Assembly: GCA_965220045.1 (NCBI GenBank)
Contig: OZ244803.1
Location: forward strand, 2,177,585 to 2,241,584
DNA: 64,000 nucleotides
Reading direction: 5' to 3'
DNA from: Chloroflexota bacterium
GTDB taxonomy: Bacteria > Chloroflexota > UBA11872 > VXOZ01
This document shows, piece by piece, positions 1-8,849 of the stretch (the first letter of the stretch is position 1; each line of letters begins with the position of its first letter). Made by a program: the position numbers and the translations under genes. Below the pieces are notes generated by a model. That model had not been told where the DNA came from and did not search any database. It saw nothing but the letters and a program-made list of their open reading frames with translations.

Positions 1-998
1 ATGTCGGGCCTCTGATCAAGCGCGACAATTTCGATCTCAGCATCTACCCGCAGCAACTCTTCCGCGACGGCGTCATGTACGAGGAGAACGTCCTCGGTCT
101 GCCGAACCAATCGGGCGGCAACTGGCCGGTGATGCCCTACAACAAGGAGATCCTGGCAAATGCCGGCGTCTCAGATCCGCCGGTGGAGTGGGGCGACCCA
201 AGTTGGAACGCGGAGACGTTCCTCGAAGCGCTGGTGAAGACCACGCAGCGCGAGGGCGAGAACCCGCTCCACTTCGGCATCGGCAACATCGGCCGCGGCG
301 TGATCGCGGCGAACTGGGGACCTTTCTGGGGCGCCCGCTGGGTGGCGGAAGACTTCAAGACCGTGGTCTGCGATTCGCCTGAGATGATCGACGCGATCCG
401 CTACCTCACCGAGTTGTCGTCGAAGCATCGTGTCATGCCCGTGCCGGGCGAACTTAACGACACCTTTGGTACCGGCAATACCCGCAACAACTTCCTCAAC
501 GGCAAGCTCGCGTTTTTGCAGACTTCCGGCGGCGGTACGTTTGCCATCGCCCAAGGCGTGCAGGAAGGCAAGCCGTTTGCCTACGCGCCGCTGCCCACGT
601 TTATGCACACCGCGTCGGCGCAGGCGCTTGACTCTAACGGCCTGATTGGCGCGAGCAAGGTGCAGGATGAGGGCTGGGAACTCATCAAGTGGCATGCCAC
701 GCATCCAAACTGGGCCATCGGCCGCGGCAATGCGCCGGCGCGGCTCGATCACTTCGAAGTCTGGGCGCGTGAACTCTACGGCGGCGACGTTGCCGAAAAG
801 ATTCGCGTCGAAGCCTACGCCAACTCGCTGGCAAACGCGAGCCGGTACGACGGGTTGCGCGTCCTGCCCAACTGGCGCAATCCCATTTTCGACCAGATCA
901 TCACACCCGCTCTGGACGCGCTCTATCGCGGCCAAGGAGACGTGGTGGAGACGATGAATGCCCTGCGGCAGCAGATTCAGGCTGAGATTCCCGAGTAA
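1..998 (+). CDS. ABC transporter extracellular solute-binding protein (family 1, sugar-type), C-terminal ~330 aa; 5' end upstream of window
   Basis: Reading frame open from nt 3 to stop at 998. Aromatic/Gly/Asn-rich periplasmic SBP-like sequence (…LGLPNQSGGNWPVMPYNKEILANAGV…). A second, complete SBP of the same type is at 39052-40416. Confidence 0.55.
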   Translation, partial: VGPLIKRDNFDLSIYPQQLFRDGVMYEENVLGLPNQSGGNWPVMPYNKEILANAGVSDPPVEWGDPSWNAETFLEALVKTTQREGENPLHFGIGNIGRGVIAANWGPFWGARWVAEDFKTVVCDSPEMIDAIRYLTELSSKHRVMPVPGELNDTFGTGNTRNNFLNGKLAFLQTSGGGTFAIAQGVQEGKPFAYAPLPTFMHTASAQALDSNGLIGASKVQDEGWELIKWHATHPNWAIGRGNAPARLDHFEVWARELYGGDVAEKIRVEAYANSLANASRYDGLRVLPNWRNPIFDQIITPALDALYRGQGDVVETMNALRQQIQAEIPE

Positions 999-1158
999 GC
1001 TGGCTGCCAACAGTGCATCTGTGTGCTGAGACGAGCGCAGATGCTCGTGTGCAGAGCGGCGCCACTGATGGGTGGATACCTGGCGGTCGCGTTCATGAAC
1101 AGGAAGACCAGAGGGGCACGGCGCGCCGTGCCCCTCTGCCATAGAAAGGGATTGTTGT

Positions 1159-2421
1159 ATGTCCGTGTCCGTGGCTCAACTCGCCGTGGCCGGTGGCACA
1201 CCGGTGCGGGATATCAAGGCGCGTCCATGGCCCGCCTGGCCTATGGCTACCGAGGAAGATGTCGCCGCCGTGGCCGCCGTGCTGCGCAGCGGAAAGTGGA
1301 ACCGCTGGCGCAGCGACCGCGTGGAGGCACTGGAGGAAGCGCTGCAGGAATTCACCGGCGCGGCTCACGTGGTGGCTTTAGCCAGCGGGACCGCGGGATT
1401 GGAAGTCGCGCTGAAAGCCGCGGGCGTCCGACCCGGTGACGAGGTCATTGTGCCCGCTTACACCTATATCGCTACCGCCACGGCGGTCCTGCAGGTGGGC
1501 GGCGTGCCGGTCTTTGCCGACATCATCCCGGAAACGGAAAACGTCGATCCCGCCTCAATAGAGTCTCTCATCACCGAGCGTACGCGGGCGCTCTTGCCCG
1601 TTCATGTCTCCGGCCTGCCCTGCGACATGGCGGCCATCACCGCGGTTGCGGCGCGGCACGGACTCCGGGTTATTGAGGACACCGCGCAAGGCATCGGCGG
1701 CATGTGGCACGGCCGGCGTCTCGGCACGATTGGGGATGCCGGCGCGTATTCATTCCAGGCCAGCAAGAACCTGCCCGGCGGCGAGGGCGGTGCCGTAGTC
1801 ACCAACGACCCGGAGATTGCCGAACGGGCGTTCATGCTGATGCACATCAACTATGAGACACTGGGCTGGAACTACCGGCTCCCAGCCATGACGGCCGCGC
1901 TCATTCTCTCGCAGCTTGAGCGCTTTCCCGCGCTGCAGGCCCGCCGGCAAGCGAACGCCGACTACTTGCGCGATGCCTTGGCGGCGATACCCGGCATTGC
2001 GCCCACGCGCGCGGACTCGTTTGTCACGGGTGATGGCTTGCACGGCTTGGGCGTGCGCTTCATCAGTTCGGAGTTCAGTGACGGTGCTCCCGTGCCACGC
2101 GGCGCATTCGTCAAGGCCCTGCACGCTGAAGGCATACCCTGCGCCTTGGGCTACGGTGATCCGGTGTACAAGTCGCCGCTCTTTCAAGAGGCGCACACCC
2201 GCATGCGAGAGCAGTGCCCCGTCGCCTGCGACCATCCCGCGATGGCGAACATGGACTACGCGAACCTGCACCTGCCCAACGTGGAACGCCTCTGCGGGCA
2301 AGAGGCCCTGCGCTTCAACCAGCCGCTATTGCTGGGCACGCGCGAGGACATGCAGGACATCGTGGACGCCGTGGCGAAGATTCACGCCAACCAAGAGGCG
2401 CTTGTAGCGGCGGCAATCTAG
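1159..2421 (+). CDS. DegT/DnrJ/EryC1/StrS-family PLP-dependent aminotransferase (sugar aminotransferase)
   Basis: 420 aa ORF. Family-typical blocks: …ALEEALQEF.GA.HVVALASGTAGLEVAL…VIVPAYTYIATA…, …AYSFQASKNL.GGEGG.VVTND.EIAERA… (the SFQASK Lys region). RBS-like AAAGGGA upstream of ATG 1159. Confidence 0.75.
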   Translation: MSVSVAQLAVAGGTPVRDIKARPWPAWPMATEEDVAAVAAVLRSGKWNRWRSDRVEALEEALQEFTGAAHVVALASGTAGLEVALKAAGVRPGDEVIVPAYTYIATATAVLQVGGVPVFADIIPETENVDPASIESLITERTRALLPVHVSGLPCDMAAITAVAARHGLRVIEDTAQGIGGMWHGRRLGTIGDAGAYSFQASKNLPGGEGGAVVTNDPEIAERAFMLMHINYETLGWNYRLPAMTAALILSQLERFPALQARRQANADYLRDALAAIPGIAPTRADSFVTGDGLHGLGVRFISSEFSDGAPVPRGAFVKALHAEGIPCALGYGDPVYKSPLFQEAHTRMREQCPVACDHPAMANMDYANLHLPNVERLCGQEALRFNQPLLLGTREDMQDIVDAVAKIHANQEALVAAAI

Positions 2422-2490
2422 AGCCTTCCCGTGAAGTGGCTTCCGAGGCTGTGCAACCAGCCTGTTCACGCAGTCTCAATCAACGCGTGT

Positions 2491-2690
2491 CGCACCTAGC
2501 CGTTCGCGCTGAGCCTTTCGAAGCGCAGCCCCATGCAACCCAACCCGTTCACGCTGAGCCTGTCGAAGCGCAGCCCTTTGCAGTCCGAACCGTTCGCGCT
2601 GAGCTTGTCGAAGCGCAGCCCCTACAACCCAAGCCGTTCGCGCTGAGCTTGTCGAAGCGCTCTTTAGCCGAGTAAGCTCCAATCACACTT
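2491..2690. repeat. Four tandem ~46-bp units, each containing a CCGTTCGCGCTGAGCYTGTCGAAGCGCAGCCCC core (GCGC variant of the LSLSKG hairpin family)
   Basis: Direct reading shows 4 consecutive copies of ccgttcgcgctgagc(c/t)t(t/g)tcgaagcgcagccc plus an 11-13 nt variable tail. The 68-aa ORF 2476..2682(-) is just a translation of the repeat (…LRQAQRERFGLQRAALRQAQRER…). Confidence 0.7.
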
Positions 2691-2715
2691 CAATAGATAG
2701 GGCGCAAACTCAACC

Positions 2716-4095
2716 ATGTTGACTGCAGGCGTCGGCCGTACCACCATCACCCCGCCCCTCGGCACGCCGCTCATTGGATACGGCGGGCGTGAGCGCGGCG
2801 CAGACGCAATCCGTGACGACATATACGCCACGACTTTAGTGCTCTCAGACGGCGAAACGAAGATAGCCCTCGTCACCTGCGACCTCTGCGCGCTGCCTGC
2901 GCAGCAGGTACACCACGTGCAGCGGCTCATCGAGCAGCGCACCGGTATCCCGCCCGCCCACGTGCTGATCAATTGCTCTCACGCCCACTCGGGGCCGCTG
3001 ACTACATTCAATGAGGAGACCCCTGCAAGTCTGCGGCGCATCGTGCTGAATCTGCTTGATATGATCGCAGAGTCGGTCAGCCAAGCGGCAGCAAAGCTCG
3101 TGCCGTGCACAATCACGGCGGGAAAGGGCTCTGTGCACGCGAGCATCAACCGGCGCGCCCGCAACGGCTACAGCGATGCCGTGACGCCGGACTTTCCGGA
3201 AGGCACAGTGGATCCGGATCTGCACGTAGTGCGGATTGACGGCCTGGACGGCACGCCGCTGGCGATTCTCACGAGCTACGCCTGCCATCCGGTAGCGCTC
3301 CGCCCGCCGAGCCACGCTGTTTCTGCCGACTTTGTTTGTGCCCTACGCGCAACCGTTGAACCCAAAGTCGGAGTGCCGCTGCTCTTCGCCCAAGGCGCGG
3401 CCGGCAACCAGGTGCCAATCGGCCCCGACATGGAAATGGAAAAGCGGCTGGAATTGACGGGGAAGATGCTTGGCGATGAGGTCCTTCGCGTTCACGCTGC
3501 GCTCGGCCGGAAAAACCAGCGGGCGCAAGATACACTCGATGAGCAGGGCAGAAAGGCCCGTGAAGCCGACAGTTTGGAATCTCCCGCATGCTCTGGATCG
3601 CTCGGCCCAAACACTCGAGCTGACGACTCTCTCAATGCCCAAGCCGGTGGAATAAGGCCACCGCCCCGGCCCATGCTCGCCGCCGCGTCTGAGACCCTCT
3701 TGCTCAATCTCTGGAAGGACCAGCCGGAAGTCACTGGCGCGGGTCACTCACATCAGACGTTTCCGTACCTTGCGCCCCCGCTTGTAGACGACATGGTGGA
3801 GTGCGCGGTGCAAGCCCTGCGCCTTGGCGACATCGCCCTCGTGGGCGTCGCAGGAGAAGCATTTGCCGAGATCGGCCTGGCCGTGAAAGCACGCTCGCCA
3901 TTCGCCCACACCATCTTCCTGGGCTACACCAACGGCTGCCTGGGTTACATTCCAACCGCCGCCGCCTATCCCGCCGGCGGCTACGAAGTCCACCGCGCCC
4001 ACGCCGTCTACCGACTCCCTCACACCGTCAGCCCCAATAACGCCGATAGAGTCATAGCGAAAAGCTTGAATCTCGTGGCAAAGGTCTATGGATGA
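2716..4095 (+). CDS. neutral/alkaline ceramidase-family hydrolase (N-terminal catalytic domain type)
   Basis: 459 aa. N-terminus AGVGRTTITPPLGTPLIGYGGR… resembles the neutral ceramidase GVG(R/K)xDITP…MGYG block. …VLINCSHAHSGP… matches the SHTHSGP zinc-site motif. Shorter than eukaryotic ceramidases (no C-terminal tail domain). Confidence 0.6.
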   Translation: MLTAGVGRTTITPPLGTPLIGYGGRERGADAIRDDIYATTLVLSDGETKIALVTCDLCALPAQQVHHVQRLIEQRTGIPPAHVLINCSHAHSGPLTTFNEETPASLRRIVLNLLDMIAESVSQAAAKLVPCTITAGKGSVHASINRRARNGYSDAVTPDFPEGTVDPDLHVVRIDGLDGTPLAILTSYACHPVALRPPSHAVSADFVCALRATVEPKVGVPLLFAQGAAGNQVPIGPDMEMEKRLELTGKMLGDEVLRVHAALGRKNQRAQDTLDEQGRKAREADSLESPACSGSLGPNTRADDSLNAQAGGIRPPPRPMLAAASETLLLNLWKDQPEVTGAGHSHQTFPYLAPPLVDDMVECAVQALRLGDIALVGVAGEAFAEIGLAVKARSPFAHTIFLGYTNGCLGYIPTAAAYPAGGYEVHRAHAVYRLPHTVSPNNADRVIAKSLNLVAKVYG

Positions 4096-4421
4096 GAATT
4101 TACTAGTGACCCGGCTAATCTCGAAGTAGCAACAGGCTTGACTCAATGGGGAGAGTGCTTTGCCGTGTTTCAGGTGAATCCCTTGCTGCGGCACTAATTC
4201 ATCCAACTGGTCACTTGCATGGTCGTAACTATTCCGTTGGCGAGGTCTTCTTTGAGGATGAAGTGCTGGGTTTTGGTTTGGGCGCAGAGTTACCACCTGG
4301 AGGCTTGGGAGAGACCTGAAATCCGGTAGGTCTCTGTTTGGGACCTGATCCCTTTTTGATCACAACTCTCTCTTTGTTCTCTCGATTAGAATCCATTTCG
4401 CGCTCCTTAGGGACTCAATCT

Positions 4422-5066
4422 TCACTTCGACTCGATTATATCAAGCACAGTAGTAGCACCCCAGCCTTCCGCTGACCTAGAACCTTCTGAATACGTTGAA
4501 TTGTAAAGGTATGTATAAACTATAACCGACTTAACCTCTTCTGAGACTATGAACTCGAATGTCTCTGGGTGTAACTCTCCCGGCTCTACGACTAACTCAC
4601 CCTCCTCCCATACACGTTGCACGTCCACTAGAATAGGCCAAGGAATGTCCACGAATTCTTCTTTCACGAAAGTCTGAGCGTACAAAGCTTCGACATGCTC
4701 GTCCAAGGTCGGCGCTATATGTTGTATGAGGAAATTGCCATCATGAAGCTCTATTTGAACCCTTGAGTTGTTCTCTAACGTTGCTGTCACAGCGATGTGA
4801 ACATAGCTTTCACTGATTCGTCGGAATGAGACTTCGTGCGTGATCGTCAGGTGCGGCTCGGCTTCGCGAAAAACCTGCCACTTGTAGGCGGCAAAAGACC
4901 CGCCGGAGACGATAGCAACAATCGTGACGAGAGCTTGGGCAATCCCAAGTATCTCAATTGGTGTAGCCGTTTCGGGGGCAACCGCGTTCGTCACAAGAAA
5001 AACCACGAACAACGCCGCCAAGACCGCTACTGCCACTTTCACGTAGTTCTTGTTTAACTTGCCCAT
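4422..5066 (-). CDS. hypothetical 2-TM membrane protein, orphan gene in a low-GC island
   Basis: 214 aa ORF with markedly AT-rich codon usage compared with its neighbours. N-terminus has two hydrophobic helices (VAVAVLAALFVVFLV… and ILGIAQALVTIVAIVSGG), followed by a ~140-aa acidic soluble domain. I recognise no known family motif. Flanks 4096-4421 and 5067-5213 are also AT-rich. Confidence 0.5.
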   Translation of the reverse strand: MGKLNKNYVKVAVAVLAALFVVFLVTNAVAPETATPIEILGIAQALVTIVAIVSGGSFAAYKWQVFREAEPHLTITHEVSFRRISESYVHIAVTATLENNSRVQIELHDGNFLIQHIAPTLDEHVEALYAQTFVKEEFVDIPWPILVDVQRVWEEGELVVEPGELHPETFEFIVSEEVKSVIVYTYLYNSTYSEGSRSAEGWGATTVLDIIESK

Positions 5067-5213
5067 GCTCGTCTCGAATCATGCTCCCCAGTTCTTAATC
5101 AGTATTGTCCTATATGCTGAACTATAAGGCTAATTCTAACATACTACATATAAGGGACATTCAAAGTCGCTTAAGCACAATACCATACACTTTCCCTTAT
5201 CCAAACCGATGCT

Positions 5214-6002
5214 CTAGCTGCTTGCACTGGAATATTTCGTCAGCGCAAGTTGCCAAAAGAGGTGGGAGATGACAAGAAGAGCAGCAGTCATTGCGACGGC
5301 GGCGAGGGCGAAGGTGGGGCTGAGGAGACCCAGCAGCGCCTGGCTGGGGACCGTGGCGATGAAGGCCACCGGCAGCAGGAACGTCAGGCCCAGGCGGAGC
5401 GCGCCGCGGAAGACATCGGTGGGCACGCGCGAGGCCTCGATGAGGTTGTAGTAGAGGTGCCCCACGTTGTTCAGGCGCCCGACGAAGAACGTCACCGAAA
5501 TGACGATGAACCACAGCGAGTAGGCGATCAGGCACGCGCACACCACCATCCCCAGGTAGAGCAACGCGCCGTACCACGTCACCGGCTGCGCCAGCAGACT
5601 GATCGCGTACCACAGTACCCCGCCGCCGAGCACCACCTGCACCAGTGGGTCCCAATCGAATTTGCGGGTTGAGACGTAGAAGCGCGTGTTCACCGGTTTG
5701 CTGAGTACGAAATCGAGTTCGCCGCGATTGATGAGCCCGGAGAGCGCGTTCATGTTTTCGCCAAAGATCGACTCCACGATGCCGTCCACGATCATCACCG
5801 TAGCCGCCAGCACGAGCATCTGCTCCACGCGCCAGCCGCCAATCGTCTGCACGTGGTTGAAGATGATCTGGATCGAGGCCACGTAGACCGCGGTATAGCA
5901 GATGGTTGCGATGCTCCAGACCGTGAAACTCAGCCGGTATTCCAGCGCATTGAGGAAAGAGTTCTTGGCAAAGGCCAGGTAAAGCCGCGCGTAGCGTTGC
6001 AT
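5214..6002 (-). CDS. ABC-2 family transporter permease (ABC2_membrane_6-like)
   Basis: 262 aa, six predicted hydrophobic segments, no ATPase motifs. Co-directional with and 3 nt from the upstream permease; part of an ATPase-permease-permease operon. Confidence 0.65.
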   Translation of the reverse strand: MQRYARLYLAFAKNSFLNALEYRLSFTVWSIATICYTAVYVASIQIIFNHVQTIGGWRVEQMLVLAATVMIVDGIVESIFGENMNALSGLINRGELDFVLSKPVNTRFYVSTRKFDWDPLVQVVLGGGVLWYAISLLAQPVTWYGALLYLGMVVCACLIAYSLWFIVISVTFFVGRLNNVGHLYYNLIEASRVPTDVFRGALRLGLTFLLPVAFIATVPSQALLGLLSPTFALAAVAMTAALLVISHLFWQLALTKYSSASS

Positions 6003-6005
6003 AGC

Positions 6006-6818
6006 CTACCCTCCGTAAGCGCCGTAGCGGCGCACCCCAGCGGCAAACACCCACTGCACGAACAGATAGCACACCACCAGCCATCCCGCCTGTATGGCCA
6101 ACCCCGCAAGAGCAGCCGAGAAATCGAGCCGGCCCTGCAGCAATTGCACCTGGAAGAAGTAGAGATAGCGAAACGGCAGAAAGTGCGTCACCCGCTCCAC
6201 CGCCGCCGGCATCAGGTCCAAGGGAACGATGCTCCCGGCAAGGAACATGGTAACTACCCCGTATGATTCGATGATCCCCTCCGTCTGGCCCACCCAGAAC
6301 GCCAGGAGACCGAGGCACAGCTTGAGGCAGTAATTCAGCAGAAACGACAAGACCATGCTGGCCAGTAGAATCGGTGCAATCTCCCACCTGAGCGCAAAGC
6401 CGCCGAGCATCTCCTGTCCAAACAACAGGAAGAAGAGCAGCAGCATCGGCACGAGAAAGGCCACCCGCACGCCCTTGAACGCGACCTCCACCGCAAGTTG
6501 CCACAGTTGATAAGGGAACGGGCGTACAAGGTGCGCGGAAAAGGCGCCGCTGCGGATCCAATCGCCGGTGTTCCACTCCAGATGCGGCGTCAGCAGGTTG
6601 CTTAACACCAAGAACATGACGTAATAGTTCACCATGTCCTGCACTGTGTATGCACCGACACGGTCCACGGTACGATACGCCGCCAGCCAGAGGGCGATCA
6701 TGATGAGCGGAATGATCGCCTCGCCGATGAACCAGACGAGACTCTCGGCGCGATACATTAGGGACTCTTGCCAGGAAGCGAGAAATACCGCGCGTAGCTT
6801 ACGAAACGACTTCAGCAT
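6006..6818 (-). CDS. ABC-2 family transporter permease (second subunit)
   Basis: Likely start MLKSFRKLRAVFLASWQESLMYRAESLVWFIGE… . The longer ORF to 6947 is a high-GC upstream extension overlapping the ATPase gene. Multi-TM protein. Start overlaps the ATPase stop by ~20 nt. Confidence 0.65.
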   Translation of the reverse strand: MLKSFRKLRAVFLASWQESLMYRAESLVWFIGEAIIPLIMIALWLAAYRTVDRVGAYTVQDMVNYYVMFLVLSNLLTPHLEWNTGDWIRSGAFSAHLVRPFPYQLWQLAVEVAFKGVRVAFLVPMLLLFFLLFGQEMLGGFALRWEIAPILLASMVLSFLLNYCLKLCLGLLAFWVGQTEGIIESYGVVTMFLAGSIVPLDLMPAAVERVTHFLPFRYLYFFQVQLLQGRLDFSAALAGLAIQAGWLVVCYLFVQWVFAAGVRRYGAYGG

Positions 6819-7800
6819 GCGCGGGCTGCCCACCGGAGAAGAATTGGCGCACCACCTCGTCGACCTCGGGTTCGACGATATTGAGGTCGAGTACCGGGTA
6901 CTCCTGCAAGAGCTGCGCGGAGACCCGTGGCACGGCGTTGCGGGCAATGCGCAGGGAAATGGTCCGTGGCCTATAGGAGACCACTGTGCCGTACGCGGCT
7001 AGTTCAGCTTCCGCAACCGGAGACTCGAAGGTCACGGTCATGAATTTATAGTCGGCGTAGCGGCGCACGACTGTGTCCAAGTCGCCATCAAAGACGAGAT
7101 GGCCTTGATCGATGATGAGCACCCGGTCGCAGAGCGCTTCCACGTCGCGCATGTAGTGGCTCGTAAGGATGACGGTGGCGCCGTAACGGGCATTGTACTC
7201 GCGCACGAAGTTTCGGATGTTCTGCTGCATCACCACGTCGAGCCCGATGGTCGGCTCGTCGAGAAAGAGCACCTGCGGCCGGTGGAGCAGGGCGGCCAGC
7301 AACTCGCACTTCATGCGCTCGCCCAATGAGAGCTTGCGCGCCTGCACGTTGATGACTTTCTCCAATTCGAGAATTTGCACGAGTTCGTCGAGCGTCTCCT
7401 CAAACTGCGCGTCCGGGACCTCGTAAATCTCCTTATTGATGAGGAAGGTCTCCATCGGCGGCAAGTCCCACCAGACCTGGTTCTTCTGTCCCATCACCAA
7501 GGCAAAGCGCCGCTGAAAGGCCGCCTGGCGCTGCCACGGCGTGTAGCCCAACACGGACACCTCGCCGCCGGTGGGATAGAGCAGCCCGGAAAGCACCTTG
7601 AGAGTCGTGGTCTTGCCCGCGCCGTTGGGCCCCAAGAAACCGACCAACTCGCCGCTCTCGATGGAGAAAGAAATGTCGTCCACCGCTTTGACGTCGTACG
7701 TCTTGCGCAGCGCAAACGACTTCAGCGAGCCCACCAGGCCCGGTTCCTTCTGGTGGACTGCATAGTATTTTGAGAGATTCTGTACGGAAATTGCACTCAT
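6799..7800 (-). CDS. ABC transporter ATP-binding protein
   Basis: Walker A GPNGAGKTT, signature LSLGERMKCELLAALL, Walker B VLFLDEPTIGLD, H-loop TSHYM. Probable start MSAISVQNLSKYY (the ORF-track N-terminal extension to 7887 was discarded). Confidence 0.8.
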   Translation of the reverse strand: MSAISVQNLSKYYAVHQKEPGLVGSLKSFALRKTYDVKAVDDISFSIESGELVGFLGPNGAGKTTTLKVLSGLLYPTGGEVSVLGYTPWQRQAAFQRRFALVMGQKNQVWWDLPPMETFLINKEIYEVPDAQFEETLDELVQILELEKVINVQARKLSLGERMKCELLAALLHRPQVLFLDEPTIGLDVVMQQNIRNFVREYNARYGATVILTSHYMRDVEALCDRVLIIDQGHLVFDGDLDTVVRRYADYKFMTVTFESPVAEAELAAYGTVVSYRPRTISLRIARNAVPRVSAQLLQEYPVLDLNIVEPEVDEVVRQFFSGGQPAHAEVVS

Positions 7801-8084
7801 AGGCGCACGCGTGGCTTCGTACCGACGCTGGGGTTTGGGTGCTCCCTTGCTGGCGCAAGTGGCTGCAGATGGTCCCGCAAACCACAATCAAGACGTGCGC
7901 GAATGGGCAAGAAGCCCGGAGAGTATTCTGCCTCTCCTACGCGCTCAGACGGACACACATATGCTATTCTAGCACGTACCCTAAGACCCTCTAGCCGAAA
8001 ATCTTTAGGTCCATTTGCCATGGAATAACCAAGGGCAAAGGGAAAGCACTGAATCTGTAGTACCCTGCGGAAGCGAGTGCACAA

Positions 8085-8693
8085 TTGGAAGTTTCAACAG
8101 CCCCATCGCCGCTCGTCAATATCATTGGTGAGAAAGTTGCCTTGGGCCCGCAGGGCAAAGACCTGAGCCCCCTCTTCGCGCGTTGGTATAACGACTTTCG
8201 CGCCCTGAGCAGGCTGGGAGTTCCCATCCAACCGTGGACCGCACTTCAAGAGGAGCGGCACGAGGGCCTAACCACGCGCCAAGAGTCGGAGATAGACTTT
8301 GCCATATACGAGCGGGCTAGCGGACGCGCCATCGGCGTTACCGGTATCGGCGTCGACTATCGTAACCGCACTGGCGAGTTCGGCATCATCATTGGCGATC
8401 CGGAGGCGCGCGGTAAAGGCTACGGCACGGAGACGGCGCAATTGATGCTCGACTATGCCTTCACTGCGCTCGGCCTACACAACGTTGGACTTACCGTACA
8501 CGCCTACAACCTGGCCGGTATCCGTGCCTACACGAAAGCCGGCTTCAAGCAGTTTGGGCGCCGCCGCGAGAAGATACTCATGGGCGGCCAGCGCTGGGAC
8601 GTGATTCACATGGAGTGCCTGTCAACGGAGTGGGGGCCAAGTCCGGTGCTGTCCGCAGTCTTCAAGCCGGACGGACCGCGGGAGTCCGGCTGA
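8085..8693 (+). CDS. GNAT family N-acetyltransferase (RimL/RimJ-like, Acetyltransf_3), paralog 1 of 5
   Basis: 202 aa. …NIIGEKVALGP…RWYNDF… / …DYRNRTGEFGIIIGDPEARGKGYGTETAQLMLDYAFTALGLHNV.L.V…N.AGIRAYTKAGFKQFGRRRE… gives a GNAT acetyl-CoA-binding core (Q/RxxGxG/A-like GKGYG). TTG start in the ORF track. Confidence 0.75.
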   Translation: MEVSTAPSPLVNIIGEKVALGPQGKDLSPLFARWYNDFRALSRLGVPIQPWTALQEERHEGLTTRQESEIDFAIYERASGRAIGVTGIGVDYRNRTGEFGIIIGDPEARGKGYGTETAQLMLDYAFTALGLHNVGLTVHAYNLAGIRAYTKAGFKQFGRRREKILMGGQRWDVIHMECLSTEWGPSPVLSAVFKPDGPRESG

Positions 8694-8849
8694 CGATTGA
8701 CACCGTTCCCCCTGAGCCTGCACGAAAGCAAACAGAGAGAGTTAGAGCGACCTGCGCCTAACAACCATAGGCAGCTCTACCCTTAGGCCAGCCTTGGCTT
8801 GGCAGCGCTGCTCCAAGGGGTTGAATTAGACGTAGCGGACTAGCCTGAG

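Noticed and set aside
171-1142. Long antisense ORFs overlapping confident genes, e.g. 171..1142(-), 1750..2301(-), 5197..6576(-), 19444..20646(+), 23718..24602(-), 33082..34017(+), 35345..35965(+), 55862..57049(-)
   Set aside because: These are typical high-GC artefacts. They have Arg/Ala/Pro/Gly-rich low-complexity translations, no RBS, no family motifs, and they overlap ORFs with clear homology on the other strand.
3748-4296. 182-aa ORF 3748..4296(-) whose 5' third lies in the low-GC region downstream of the ceramidase-like gene
   Set aside because: Most of it is antisense to the ceramidase-like CDS. The unique N-terminal ~60 aa (MVTLRPNQNPALHPQRRPRQRNSY…) is low-complexity with no RBS. 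Treated as spurious.
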